Origin: a virus | Taxonomy: Duplodnaviria > Caudoviricetes | Length of the DNA stretch: 44,140 nt | Virus record (IMG/VR): IMGVR_UViG_3300025600_000030 | Coordinates: 1-44,140 of that record | Direction: 5' to 3' (one strand) | In this document: positions 33,642-43,527 of the stretch, in pieces | Layout of the letters: every line of letters starts with the position of its first letter | How positions within the stretch are numbered: position 1 is the stretch's first letter | Position numbers and translations under genes: made by a program | The notes under the pieces: generated by a model | Told to the model about the DNA's origin: nothing | Database searches by the model: none | What the model saw: only the letters and a program-made list of their open reading frames with translations

Positions 33642-34939
33642 TCTTTCACCGCCCTTATTCTTCCGTTTGTGAGGTAGAAATTGAATCTCACTTCACCCGT
33701 TCTGCCGTGTCGGTTTTTACCTACTGTGCATATTAATTCTGTCGGAAAAGAGTCGTCTTGAGCTTCGTCCATGTTTCGGCTTAGTAGCAGGATCCCGTCC
33801 GCATCTTGTTCGATCGCTCCGCTGTCTCTCAGGTCTGACATTCTCGGTTTGCCTCCGTTCCTGCCCTCAACTTCTCTGTTGAGCTGTGCTAGGCATATAA
33901 CCGGAACTCCCAAGGCCCTTGCAAGGCGCTTGAGGTTGTTTGAGGTTTCCGTGGTCTTTTCGTACAGACTTCCCTTTGAGTTGTTGCGGATCATGCCGAG
34001 ATAGTCGATTACCACAAGACCGAGATTTGGAACTTGATGTGCTAAAAATCCGATTTCGTCAACCGTTGCGCTAAACTTCCGATTTATAACCATCGGATAT
34101 TCGCTCAATTTGGCACAAGCCTCACCGACGTTCTTAAATTCATCTCCGTACAATTCGCCGTTCAGGACTTTGTTGTAATTGATTCCTGTTTCTATCGCTA
34201 TGCGTTTTGCGGTAATCTGATTTTTTGACATTTCCAAAGTCATAAACAATGTCGGTATTCCCGAGGCGGCTACCTTGTCGGCTATCTGAACGCCTATTGT
34301 CGTTTTGCCGCAGCCTGGACGTGCTGCGATAATATAAAGCCCCTCGTTTTGGAATCCACCTCCGAGAACATAGTCAAGCTGTCCGTAACCGCTTCTGACA
34401 TAGGGCTTTCTAGTGCTGTCACTCAAAGTGTCGATGTAGTTATAAAAGTCAGAGCAAGCGGCGAGGGAGCTTGTCAGTCCAGCAGAGGTTTGAGCTTCTG
34501 CGATTTTGGTCGTTTCGTTCTGTATGTACGAACAGATGTTTTGAGGTTGTTCACCGTTTCCGATTTGTTCTAAGGCTTCATTGATTGTCGCTTGAAGTCT
34601 GCGCCTCATGGTTTCGGTGACTAGTATCTCAACATATTTCATGACATTTGCCGCCGTAGGAGTAACCTGCATGAGCTCCAATATGTAGGTCTGTGTATCT
34701 CGCCTTAGCCGCCCGCAAGCCTTGAGTTTGTCAATTACGGTTACTGGGTCAATTGCCATGTCCTGCGAGTGCATCAAGACTATGGCTTCAAATACATCAC
34801 GATTCAATTCGAGATAAAAATCATCTTCGGTCAGCTTTCCGACAACATCGTTTATACAACGAGGGTCTATGAGCATTGAGCCGATTACGGACTGTTCGGC
34901 TTCGGCGCTGTGAGGATAGAGCATTTCAAAGTCATTCAT
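33638..34939 (-). CDS. dnaB: Replicative DnaB helicase
   Basis: AEQSVIGSML, AARPGCGKT, VIDYLG, LAQLNR, SDLRDSGAIEQDAD, KNRHG. Confidence 0.96.
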   Translation of the reverse strand: MNDFEMLYPHSAEAEQSVIGSMLIDPRCINDVVGKLTEDDFYLELNRDVFEAIVLMHSQDMAIDPVTVIDKLKACGRLRRDTQTYILELMQVTPTAANVMKYVEILVTETMRRRLQATINEALEQIGNGEQPQNICSYIQNETTKIAEAQTSAGLTSSLAACSDFYNYIDTLSDSTRKPYVRSGYGQLDYVLGGGFQNEGLYIIAARPGCGKTTIGVQIADKVAASGIPTLFMTLEMSKNQITAKRIAIETGINYNKVLNGELYGDEFKNVGEACAKLSEYPMVINRKFSATVDEIGFLAHQVPNLGLVVIDYLGMIRNNSKGSLYEKTTETSNNLKRLARALGVPVICLAQLNREVEGRNGGKPRMSDLRDSGAIEQDADGILLLSRNMDEAQDDSFPTELICTVGKNRHGRTGEVRFNFYLTNGRIRAVKE

Positions 34940-35678
34940 CGATGGCCTCCATGACTATTTCTCCGTTGATTAAAACCTCTCGGTATTTTTTAGGCTTCGG
35001 AGCTTCAACGGGCTTGTCTGGTTCTTTTCCCCATGTGGCAATCGCAGACTTCCATTTGGTCATTTTATTTTTGCCAACCATCCAGTTTTTGCCGTCATAG
35101 AAGTTCCACCATTTAACGGCATCAACGCCGTTTTGTTTTTCTTTGCAGTAGGCAATAACTTCTTCGATGTTTGGGGGAGCAAATCGTGTCGATTTTGACC
35201 CCATATTACTTCCTTTATCTTTCTCTAACTCTATATCTAACTCTTTCTCTAACTCTAACTCCGTTACATGTAACGTTTCTGTAACGTTACAAGCCGTTAC
35301 ATCAGGTAAAGCAAGCTGTTTTTCCCTAAAGCGTCTAACCCTGTCAGTCGACTTTGCTTCACCTAACATCTTTTGAGTATCGGTAATGTAAATCGTCTGG
35401 TTGTCTAAGATTTCAAGCATATCTAAGGATTGAAACAGCTTTACCGCACTTCTCACAATGTCAATATTTGTGTTAGTGATAGTGGCAAGCATTGAATCGT
35501 TATAGGGAATAAGCTCGTTGAATCTAAGCGAACCCTCATGGTCTATGCTTTCGAGCAAGAGCTTCATGTAAAACAGAACGTATTCCTTGCCGTTTTCCAT
35601 GCCCTCGATTATTCTGATGTCGTGACGCTTAAAGAAATTTCGGTCAAGCCTTAGCCAGTAGTATTTTTTATCGGACAT
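34932..35678 (-). CDS. Replication initiator (phage replisome-organiser N-terminal family)
   Basis: KKYYWLRLDRNFFK...YMKLLLES; C-terminal FAPPNIEEV...WMVGKNKMTKWKSA. Confidence 0.9.
   Translation of the reverse strand: MSDKKYYWLRLDRNFFKRHDIRIIEGMENGKEYVLFYMKLLLESIDHEGSLRFNELIPYNDSMLATITNTNIDIVRSAVKLFQSLDMLEILDNQTIYITDTQKMLGEAKSTDRVRRFREKQLALPDVTACNVTETLHVTELELEKELDIELEKDKGSNMGSKSTRFAPPNIEEVIAYCKEKQNGVDAVKWWNFYDGKNWMVGKNKMTKWKSAIATWGKEPDKPVEAPKPKKYREVLINGEIVMEAIDE
35221..35301. repeat. Putative replication origin iterons inside the initiator gene
   Basis: Five CGTTACA/TGTAACG units, including palindromes 35262-35275 and 35280-35291, next to TCTAAC repeats. Confidence 0.65.
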
Positions 35679-35963
35679 TTATAACCTCCCTGCCGCCTTT
35701 AACGCTTGTCTGAGCGGTTTCTGATAGTGTAAGATACTCTTTGCCCTGCGGTCGTTGGTGTGATACTGGCGTTCAATCTCGTCTATGTCGGCGGTCATAT
35801 AATAGCCAATGCCAGACTGGTTGTTGAGAATGATATTGCCCCTGTGTCTGGCATTCTCGACCTCCTGCCGGACTGCCCTATCTGACAGTCCGGTTATTTG
35901 GCAGAGGGTCTTGCGTGTCACTGCGTTAGGTTTTCCACAACCTATAAAATCAACAATGTTCAA
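35679..35963 (-). CDS. Small winged-HTH-like protein
   Basis: TTG at 35963 after AAGGAGG; TRKTLCQITGLSDRAVRQEVENAR...GYY. Confidence 0.75.
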   Translation of the reverse strand: MNIVDFIGCGKPNAVTRKTLCQITGLSDRAVRQEVENARHRGNIILNNQSGIGYYMTADIDEIERQYHTNDRRAKSILHYQKPLRQALKAAGRL

Positions 35964-35976
35964 AGCTCGATCCTCC

Positions 35977-36858
35977 TTACAGTAGTGATATTTGTTCAAA
36001 CTCGACCGTTCCGGCACAGTTTCTAACTGCCTGCTCATAGTAGCTCGATTTAAGCTCAATCCCGATTGCTTTTCTGCCGTGCTGCAAAGCAACGACTGCC
36101 TCGCTCCCAATTCCCAAAAACGGAGTTAACACAACGTCACCCTTGTTCGTCCAGAGGTTTATACCTCTGCGGATTACTCCAAGTTGTAAGGGACAAATAT
36201 GGCGCTCATCCTTTTCTTCGCGACATGATGTTCTTTGCAGCGTGTCTGATGGGTTTATATCCATCCACACGGGACTTGCGTATTGCTGCCACACAGGGAT
36301 AGGGAAGCTCTCGTTCGTGTGCGTGACGGGTTCGGGATTAACGCCCGGCTTTTGCATGGTTACAAGATAGTCAGGAATGCCCTGACGAGATACCGTGCTA
36401 TCTTTTTTTATCTGCTTATGCAACAATCCAATCGCTTTTGTCCTCTGCATGGCGGTAACGGGGTCTTTCCAAATCACGACTTGCGAGTGAAGGATAAATC
36501 CGCAATTCTCAAACAATTTGATAAGTTCACCGCGAAAATCTCTTATTCCGATATATCCGTCGCGCTCTTTGGATAACGGCAAATCCATGCAATGAAACGA
36601 CATTAATCTTCCGGGCATGATAACGCGATAAAGCTCCGAGGCAATAAACTTGAACTGCTCGTAAAATTCCTCGGTCGTGCGGCAATTTCCCAAATCTCGC
36701 TCGCTGTTTGAGTATGTATAGAGGCTTGCAAACGGCGGTGAGAATATCGAATAGTGAACACTGTCAGACGGTATGCCTTTCATAATTTCGCAACTATCGC
36801 CGTTATATAGCGCGTATCGGTCTGTTATGGCTTGATTTTTAACTTCTATGCTGTCCAT
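35977..36858 (-). CDS. DNA amino-methyltransferase (beta class, probably N4-C)
   Basis: FSPPF catalytic motif precedes the TPFLGIGS SAM-binding motif; HICPLQL. Confidence 0.9.
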   Translation of the reverse strand: MDSIEVKNQAITDRYALYNGDSCEIMKGIPSDSVHYSIFSPPFASLYTYSNSERDLGNCRTTEEFYEQFKFIASELYRVIMPGRLMSFHCMDLPLSKERDGYIGIRDFRGELIKLFENCGFILHSQVVIWKDPVTAMQRTKAIGLLHKQIKKDSTVSRQGIPDYLVTMQKPGVNPEPVTHTNESFPIPVWQQYASPVWMDINPSDTLQRTSCREEKDERHICPLQLGVIRRGINLWTNKGDVVLTPFLGIGSEAVVALQHGRKAIGIELKSSYYEQAVRNCAGTVEFEQISLL

Positions 36859-38228
36859 TTTGGTAACTCCATCCTTTCTGATGTGATATATGTTTCGCTC
36901 ATTCTCGTTGTTTGGCGTATATCAGCCGCGAGAATATCTTTCGTAAACTTGACAAGCTCTGAGGTCATGCGCTCCGCGTCCCTTTGCTTGCGCTCGATGT
37001 TTGCCTTTACCGCGCCCTCTGCATCAGAAATGACAATGTAAACATCAACAGGTTTTGTCTGCCCGAATCTCCAACATCTACGCATGGCTTGATAATAGGC
37101 TTCAAAGCTGTCCGACAAGCCGACAAATATCATCTTGTTACACTGTTGCCAGTTCATGCCCCACCCAGCTATTGAGGGCTTAGACACTAGGACGCGGTTC
37201 TCTCCGTTGGTAAAGCCGCTCATGGCGTTTTCCTTATATGCCAGTGTGTGAGCGCCCTTAACCTCTACCGCGCCGATTATGGACTGCGCGAGGGTTTCAC
37301 TTTCTGCGTTTAGGTCGCACCACACTAGAACCTGTTCATTGGTTGCGTTTGCAATCTCTGCGGCCGCCAACGCCCTGTCGTTCATGCTGTTGCGTCTTGC
37401 CGTTCTGCGATCGTTTAGGGTCTGAGTGGTTTCAGCAAATAACATCTGCTGACCGTCACCGTTTTCGAGTTCGTCAGACTTGATTATGACTTCATGGATA
37501 TTCAGCGGCGGTAAATCAAAGCCGCCCTGCTCATATCCCAAATCCGAGGGGTTAGTCATACAACAAGCCCATCCAGCCACCCACTCAAAAAACTTGCTTT
37601 CGGCGTGTCCTTTTAATCTCCACTTTGCTGTATCGCCGCCATCGTGGATAAAGAAAGTCGATAACATCTCCGTTTGAGACATAACGCCAAGAAACTCCGA
37701 GTGTGTGCCAAGCTCCATAAAGTCATTGGGCGCAGGCGTGGCGGTGCAGCATAGTTTATATGACGTGTATCTGAAAAGCTCCGTGAGCAGTTGCCTTGTC
37801 TTGCTGCTTGCGTGTTTGAGTATTGAGCTTTCATCAAGAACAATTCCGGCAAACGCTGACGGTTCAAAATGCTCTATCATTTCATAGTTCGCGATATTCA
37901 CTCCGGCACAAACATCTTTCTGACTTCGGCAAATTGTAACCGCAACATTGAACTTCACACCCTCGCGTTTGGTCTGCTGCGCTACCGCCAACGGAGCAAG
38001 TATCAAAACGGGCTTGTCGGCGTGTTCTGCGACTTCGTGCGCCCATTGGAGCTGCATAGGTGTTTTGCCAAGTCCGCAATCCGCAAATATGCAAGCCTTA
38101 CCTTTTTTTAGCGCCCACCGCACAATATCGCTTTGCCATTGAAACAAGAGGGGATTAATTCCGACCGGCTCAAATCCGTGTGACTGTACGGTTATTTGCT
38201 TTGACTTTAAAAAGTCTTTATATTCCAA
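36846..38228 (-). CDS. SF2/SNF2-like helicase
   Basis: DCGLGKT, VLDESS, TATPAPN, GMNWQ, QAMRRCWRFGQ. Confidence 0.9.
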   Translation of the reverse strand: MEYKDFLKSKQITVQSHGFEPVGINPLLFQWQSDIVRWALKKGKACIFADCGLGKTPMQLQWAHEVAEHADKPVLILAPLAVAQQTKREGVKFNVAVTICRSQKDVCAGVNIANYEMIEHFEPSAFAGIVLDESSILKHASSKTRQLLTELFRYTSYKLCCTATPAPNDFMELGTHSEFLGVMSQTEMLSTFFIHDGGDTAKWRLKGHAESKFFEWVAGWACCMTNPSDLGYEQGGFDLPPLNIHEVIIKSDELENGDGQQMLFAETTQTLNDRRTARRNSMNDRALAAAEIANATNEQVLVWCDLNAESETLAQSIIGAVEVKGAHTLAYKENAMSGFTNGENRVLVSKPSIAGWGMNWQQCNKMIFVGLSDSFEAYYQAMRRCWRFGQTKPVDVYIVISDAEGAVKANIERKQRDAERMTSELVKFTKDILAADIRQTTRMSETYITSERMELPKWTA

Positions 38229-38232
38229 GTTT

Positions 38233-38400
38233 TCACTTCCTCGTTTCCGTCAGATACGCCGACTTTACATCAGCTATGCGCCAAACTCCGACTAGTTTTT
38301 CACCCAAATAAGCAAACAAATGTGGCTCATTAGGCTCGATTATCAGCGTGTCGGCTTGGATTATCGACGTTGTTTCATCGGTTTTAATAAATGCGTTGAT
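38233..38400 (-). CDS. 55-aa ORF with probable ATC start (absent from the ORF track)
   Basis: AAAGGAGCTGA-ctttat-ATC, open to TGA at 38233; fills the ssb-helicase gap. Confidence 0.5.
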   Translation of the reverse strand: MNAFIKTDETTSIIQADTLIIEPNEPHLFAYLGEKLVGVWRIADVKSAYLTETRK

Positions 38401-38423
38401 ATAAAGTCAGCTCCTTTCAGCCT

Positions 38424-38870
38424 TTAGAAAGGCAAGTCTCCATCGCCGTTGTCTATCTCCGAGAACGCGCCGCCTTTCGGTTCATCGTTATTTACGTCTA
38501 CGGCGCGTCCTGCGGGGCGTGGTGCGCCTGTGCCGCCCGTGTCCGTGCGTTTGCTCTCGCCAAAATATACATTGTCAGCAACGACCTCTGCGGTTCTGCG
38601 CTTGTTGCCCTCTTTGTCTTGCCATTCGCGGATTTGCAGTCTGCCGCAAACAACTGCCATGCTGCCCTTAGTGAAATACTTGAACACGAATTCACCGGTC
38701 TGCCGCCATGCGACGATATCAATGAAGTCGCAGCCTTTTTCGCCAGTGTCCTTGTTCGCCATATCGCGGTCAACCGCGAGGGCAAAAGTCGCAACAGGTA
38801 TATTTGACGGTGTATATCTCAGTTCCGGGTCGCGTGTCAAACGGCCCATGAGTGTTGTATGGTTCAGCAT
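38424..38870 (-). CDS. ssb: Single-stranded DNA-binding protein
   Basis: MLN...LMGRLTRDPELRYT, DFIDIVAW, acidic GDLPF tail. Confidence 0.96.
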   Translation of the reverse strand: MLNHTTLMGRLTRDPELRYTPSNIPVATFALAVDRDMANKDTGEKGCDFIDIVAWRQTGEFVFKYFTKGSMAVVCGRLQIREWQDKEGNKRRTAEVVADNVYFGESKRTDTGGTGAPRPAGRAVDVNNDEPKGGAFSEIDNGDGDLPF

Positions 38871-38886
38871 TTTATATGTCCTCCTG

Positions 38887-39780
38887 TTATCCTTTTTTAC
38901 TGTCGTAATCTTCAAAACGTGGAATTGTCCTAAAGATGCGCTTATTGTTTACCCACCTAGCAAGTAGCTTGATTTCCTGCGGTGCATGAGGCTTGTCATA
39001 AATCATCACATACGGATCGTAGTGCATTTCACGCAGCTTATATATGCGGTATAGGTTTTGATCCATTGTTGTCCCGAAATTGGTTAGCACATAAACTCTG
39101 CGTTTGCGTTCGTCTTGGATAGCTCCGTATTTTGCATAAAGTTCCAGTCCTCTTAAAACCTCTTTGCTTTCTCCCATTTTGTCCCATGCGAAATGCAACA
39201 TCTTCGTTTTGGTTCTGTTTAACACCTCAATGTTTCTGCGCGTCAGCCGCCTCGCGTCAAGTCCCTGCGTATAATCTATCCATGCGTTTGTATCGGAAAG
39301 CTGACTAATTAAATCTACGCAATCAGGACAGGCGAGCAAATTCGGATCAAGTAATACAATGTTTTTCTGCCCGTTCCACCATTCGGACACATCGGCAACT
39401 TTTTTGCTTCTTGCGCCCTCTTTTTCTGACACGATACAAAAGCTACATTTACGCGGACAACCGCGAGTGAGAAATCCATATGCCGTGTCGGTAATACCGT
39501 AAAGCGAGTAATCTGGCATGATATGTTCAACCTCTGGCGGCAAGATGTTTTTTAAGCCATAACCTGTGCCGCCTTTGATGATCCGCTTTGCATTGAACGG
39601 TTCTGGAACGTCCGGCGAATATGTATCATCGAAAATCTTGCTCATGTAAACAGCATCATATTGATTGAACCCAAACCACCATTCAACGGTATCGCCCTGC
39701 GCCTTGTGGTAAGCCGATAGCTTCATCAGTGCGAGGTTAGGGAAGTTGTGACCATCTACATCAATCAGTCCGATGTTCAT
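38887..39780 (-). CDS. Radical SAM protein
   Basis: LTRGCPRKCSFC (CxxxCxxC); N-terminus FPNLALMKLS. Confidence 0.88.
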   Translation of the reverse strand: MNIGLIDVDGHNFPNLALMKLSAYHKAQGDTVEWWFGFNQYDAVYMSKIFDDTYSPDVPEPFNAKRIIKGGTGYGLKNILPPEVEHIMPDYSLYGITDTAYGFLTRGCPRKCSFCIVSEKEGARSKKVADVSEWWNGQKNIVLLDPNLLACPDCVDLISQLSDTNAWIDYTQGLDARRLTRRNIEVLNRTKTKMLHFAWDKMGESKEVLRGLELYAKYGAIQDERKRRVYVLTNFGTTMDQNLYRIYKLREMHYDPYVMIYDKPHAPQEIKLLARWVNNKRIFRTIPRFEDYDSKKG

Positions 39781-39791
39781 TTACCGCCCTC

Positions 39792-40076
39792 CTAAGTGTA
39801 TGATTTTCCAAATTCTCGGATGAAGTCCTCGACCGTCCAGCCTTGCTCTTCCATCGCCTTGCGCTGTCCGAACTCATGGAGCTTCTGCATTGCTTCAGCG
39901 TTAAAATGTACGCCGCCCTCGAAGTGCCTAGCCTTACTCGGTGGTTCATTGTGACAGGCGTGACATAAGTCAACGACAAGACCGAGCTTTTCGGACTTCC
40001 GTCTGCGTCCGTTTCCCCCAAATATGTGGTGTCTTTCTGTGTTGCCGTATCTGCCGCATAGCCAGCACTCTTTCAT
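39792..40076 (-). CDS. Small Zn-binding HNH-like protein
   Basis: CWLCG...ERHHIFGG...LCHACH...VH. Confidence 0.75.
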   Translation of the reverse strand: MKECWLCGRYGNTERHHIFGGNGRRRKSEKLGLVVDLCHACHNEPPSKARHFEGGVHFNAEAMQKLHEFGQRKAMEEQGWTVEDFIREFGKSYT

Positions 40077-40597
40077 TTTCGCCCCTCCAATAATCTCGCA
40101 AGTTCATCAGGTGTCATGGTTTCAATGTTCTGTTCTTTGCAATCCTCGACGATAAGCTGTGTCAAGCGGTACATCTGAGCTGAGTCATAATCTGACGAGC
40201 CAAGATAGCAGCGTATATTGTGATAACCGGGAGTTCGCTTGCACTCTCCGAGGTCGTCCGTCATTCGTCCGACGTGCTTCTCGCACCAAATTTTGTCCCA
40301 CCGCTCCAGCATATCTTCTTTGACAGGTTGGATAACGTAGTTGTCGGCAACATCGGGGATATACTGCCGATAGACTTCATTGGGCGTGATTTGGAGTTTT
40401 GCAGCGAGTTTTCCTATGAGAATCCATGCGTAGGCATTGGCATCTATTGAGCGTTTGTCGTGATGCTTTTTGATTGTAATGTCAACATCGGAGTCTTTGA
40501 GTTCTTCGTAAAGCTCTCGAATGTCGCCGTCAAGCTCAAGCGTTATGCGCTGCTTGCCGTTCATGCCGCGAGAGAAGTCTATTATTTTGCCTTGCAT
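40073..40597 (-). CDS. NinB-like recombination accessory protein
   Basis: KRSIDANAYAW...GSSDYDSAQMYRL...IETMTP. Confidence 0.75.
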   Translation of the reverse strand: MQGKIIDFSRGMNGKQRITLELDGDIRELYEELKDSDVDITIKKHHDKRSIDANAYAWILIGKLAAKLQITPNEVYRQYIPDVADNYVIQPVKEDMLERWDKIWCEKHVGRMTDDLGECKRTPGYHNIRCYLGSSDYDSAQMYRLTQLIVEDCKEQNIETMTPDELARLLEGRK

Positions 40598-40609
40598 AGT
40601 TCGCTCCTT

Positions 40610-41422
40610 TCAAAAGCTACAGTCACACGGAAAAAGCGTTTCTTGTTCCGGCAACACCGAGTTGACTTCTTTCCAAAATGTTGCAGAGTTGGTTTTATCC
40701 GTAGGAACAATTTGCTTTTTATCTCGCATTTCCCGGTATATTGGTTCAAGCTCACCAAGGTAAATTCCTTTAATAATGCTATGGCCTAGTTCTTCCTCTG
40801 CGCGTTTGCCCTCTTCAAATATGTCGGGTCTTAGGCAGTGGACCGCATACCAGTGTTGCCGTCCCGCCTTGAGACAGCCGATACAGTTTGCGTGTTTGTA
40901 TGTTCGGTATGTTGACGGGCGCTTAATGCCTATGTCCTCCACTTTTTCAATGGTACGCTTCCAATCTGCAAGTGGAAATTCAGGTGAATAACCCATAGCG
41001 CTTATTGCATCGGCGCGACGATTTATACGATTTGTTTCAACCGCGTCAAATCCATATGCGATGTGAACGTCTTTGCTTTTGGGTATTTGTTCGAGATAAT
41101 TGTAGAAAGGCTTGGTTTTAAGTTCGTATGTACAAAAGGTTTGCTGCGTTCCCACGGAGAACCCGCTTTTTGCTTTGCACACTTCTAACGGCGGCATATT
41201 CTCAAAATTTTCCATGTTAGCGTATGTAATTTGGATATCAAGATAATTTGAAATATCATCTTTGAACTTTTTGATGCTCTCGTGCTCAACACGGCTTGAT
41301 ATGTCGTGATTAAGCAATATCACATTTTCTTTGCCGTATTTTTTGACGGTTTCAATCGCTACCAGCGCCGACGAATGACCGCCGCTAAAGCAGACAATAG
41401 CTTTCACTCTTTCGCCCTCCAA
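40610..41422 (-). CDS. PAPS-reductase-like (PP-loop) protein with Cys cluster
   Basis: VCFSGGHSS, CTYELK..P, GFDA.E..R, FPL, HANCIGCLKAG, terminal CDC. Confidence 0.8.
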   Translation of the reverse strand: MEGERVKAIVCFSGGHSSALVAIETVKKYGKENVILLNHDISSRVEHESIKKFKDDISNYLDIQITYANMENFENMPPLEVCKAKSGFSVGTQQTFCTYELKTKPFYNYLEQIPKSKDVHIAYGFDAVETNRINRRADAISAMGYSPEFPLADWKRTIEKVEDIGIKRPSTYRTYKHANCIGCLKAGRQHWYAVHCLRPDIFEEGKRAEEELGHSIIKGIYLGELEPIYREMRDKKQIVPTDKTNSATFWKEVNSVLPEQETLFPCDCSF

Positions 41423-42066
41423 TCAGTCGAGCCGCCTTTGTGAGCGTGGAGATAAACACACTCGCTGTTTTCTCCCTTGTTTTGGGTTAGAAACTCGTCG
41501 CACTTTGCTTTGCTCAGGTGGTTGTCCAAAACGTGACGCTCATAAGCAAACTCGCCTTTTGCGTCCTTTTCGGCTATCCGCTGAGCTATTTCCTCGTCGG
41601 TGTAGTTGGCCTCGATAAGATAGAGGTCAAAATCCTGCGCCGTAACGCCGTAGAGGTCGTTTGTGTCCGTGGCATAGATTACCCGCCCATGAGGATAAAT
41701 GAGCTTGTAGCCTTGATTTGGGACGTTGTGGGTCAGTCTGACAGGTACTACGCTTGCGATTGCGTATTTGTACTCGGTATCGTGATCCAGAATATCAATA
41801 TTTAAGGCGTTTACTCCGCAGTCTAGCAGGTCTACAAACAGCCACATTCCGCAGCCCCATCGTAAGGTCGGGCGCTCGCTTGCAAGTTTTCGGATAGTCG
41901 ACTTGTTGAAGTGGTCAAAATGAATATGTGTGAGTAAAACGAGTTTGAGTTGCGAAACATAGGGTTTGAGAGTCTTAAACGGAACGCCGCAGTCAACAAG
42001 TATTGAGTTCTCGATAAGTACGGCGTTTCCGTCTGATCCTGTGGCTATGATGTTGTAATCCATCAC
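41404..42066 (-). CDS. Metallo-beta-lactamase-fold hydrolase (YycJ-like exonuclease)
   Basis: TGSDGN, VDCG, THIHFDH (HxHxDH), THNV, YATDT, IEANY, HLS. Confidence 0.88.
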   Translation of the reverse strand: MMDYNIIATGSDGNAVLIENSILVDCGVPFKTLKPYVSQLKLVLLTHIHFDHFNKSTIRKLASERPTLRWGCGMWLFVDLLDCGVNALNIDILDHDTEYKYAIASVVPVRLTHNVPNQGYKLIYPHGRVIYATDTNDLYGVTAQDFDLYLIEANYTDEEIAQRIAEKDAKGEFAYERHVLDNHLSKAKCDEFLTQNKGENSECVYLHAHKGGSTDWRAKE

Positions 42067-42719
42067 GACTCCTTTGCTGCGCTCTTTTTATAACAAGTCT
42101 GGCAGATATGAGCTTTTCGTCTTTCAAACGCTGCGTTATAGGCATCCTCGGCAGTGTATTTTATGCCACCGAACTCAAATGGCTTGAATACTTCTCCGCA
42201 GGTTTCACAGAGGTAAAGCGGTGTAGCTTTCGGGCTAGGGTCTTTCTTGGGTTCTGGTTTTGGCTCGGCTTTCTTAGGCTCAGACGGAGGCGGTGTTTCC
42301 GCGTCAGTGTCTTTCATTTCTTCCGTGGGTATGCAGAACACCTGAAAGCAAGCATACTTGAAAGCAATCGCCATAGCCTTGTTCGTCGCCTTGTCTCCGC
42401 TGTCCATGCCCTCGCCAACAACGGTTGCCGCTACCGAGCTGCCATCTTCTGCATAGAAAGTGTACTTAATTGTGCAGATAGAGTATAAAAGTCTGCCGCC
42501 GTTGGCGGCTGTGCGTTCCTCGCGCTCATGACTTAGGACTTCCGGCGCAACAAAAACCTTATGCTTTGACAAAAGAGGCTGCAGGACATTCATTACAACG
42601 TCTATACCGCGATACATAAACCCTTGCTTATCGTTCTTCTGGTTTTTGCCGATGGCGGGAATTTCAGCCATGATTGCGTTGATTGCAGAGTAGATTTTTC
42701 CGGTTTCAGTTTGATTCAT
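42063..42719 (-). CDS. ERF-family ssDNA annealing protein
   Basis: YRGIDVVMN...GEGMDSGDKATNKAMAIAFKYA...F.IPTEE. Confidence 0.88.
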   Translation of the reverse strand: MNQTETGKIYSAINAIMAEIPAIGKNQKNDKQGFMYRGIDVVMNVLQPLLSKHKVFVAPEVLSHEREERTAANGGRLLYSICTIKYTFYAEDGSSVAATVVGEGMDSGDKATNKAMAIAFKYACFQVFCIPTEEMKDTDAETPPPSEPKKAEPKPEPKKDPSPKATPLYLCETCGEVFKPFEFGGIKYTAEDAYNAAFERRKAHICQTCYKKSAAKES

Positions 42720-43527
42720 ATTTGTAGCCTCCGTTGTCTAAGTATTCCTTAAGGTCTTGAAGCTCTTCGATAGTGGCAAAAACGGTAAACTTTGCTGTGT
42801 ATCGCTTTTTCTCAACCGGCACAGACACCACCACCGGAGCGGATAAGACTTCGACTTCCGCAATGCGCGGATGTTCTTTTGCCTTGAGAGCTTGCAATGT
42901 CTCTTGTCTCTCGCGTTCTTCCTCAATTCTGGCATAGCGGTTTTTGACCGTTGTAATTGCAAGCGATACGTTCAGACCCGACTTATACTCAACTAAGATT
43001 TCAACCTTATTGTCCTGCGTATCGATTAGGGCAAGGTCGTCTGAAATCTTATCGAGAAACGCCTTAGCATCAGATTTAAGGGATTTTAAACTGTCGGACA
43101 ATCTCACCTGCATGCCGGTACGCTCGAATGTTACGAAGTCGATATTTTTGGATTGCGCATATTCCGTGAAGTACAAAATTACTTCTGCGGCCTTTTCCTC
43201 TTTTAAGCCGTTTTCCACGTCGTCAATCTTGCCCTTTAGGTTCGTGTCTGCTGACTTGAATTTATCTGTGACACATTCCTTGTAATCTGCCTCAAATGCG
43301 TTGTAGGGGGCAAGGACGGCGGTTTTTATGCTCTTGCGCAGGTCCTCAAGAGTGTTATATTTTTTTGTGAGCTTTGCCCGAATATCTTTGACCGATTTAA
43401 CCGTTTCCTCGTTGCAGACAAGTGACATTGCAAGGGAGACTTCTTTGTCGATTTCATCGCTCATGGAGCGCAGGTTTTCTTTGATTATGGGAAGTTGCTC
43501 AATTACTATGAGTTCGGTTTCGCTCAT
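42706..43527 (-). CDS. DUF1351-like coiled-coil protein
   Basis: QLPIIKENL...LEDLRKSIK.....PY..FE; usual neighbour of ERF. Confidence 0.75.
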   Translation of the reverse strand: MSETELIVIEQLPIIKENLRSMSDEIDKEVSLAMSLVCNEETVKSVKDIRAKLTKKYNTLEDLRKSIKTAVLAPYNAFEADYKECVTDKFKSADTNLKGKIDDVENGLKEEKAAEVILYFTEYAQSKNIDFVTFERTGMQVRLSDSLKSLKSDAKAFLDKISDDLALIDTQDNKVEILVEYKSGLNVSLAITTVKNRYARIEEERERQETLQALKAKEHPRIAEVEVLSAPVVVSVPVEKKRYTAKFTVFATIEELQDLKEYLDNGGYKYESN

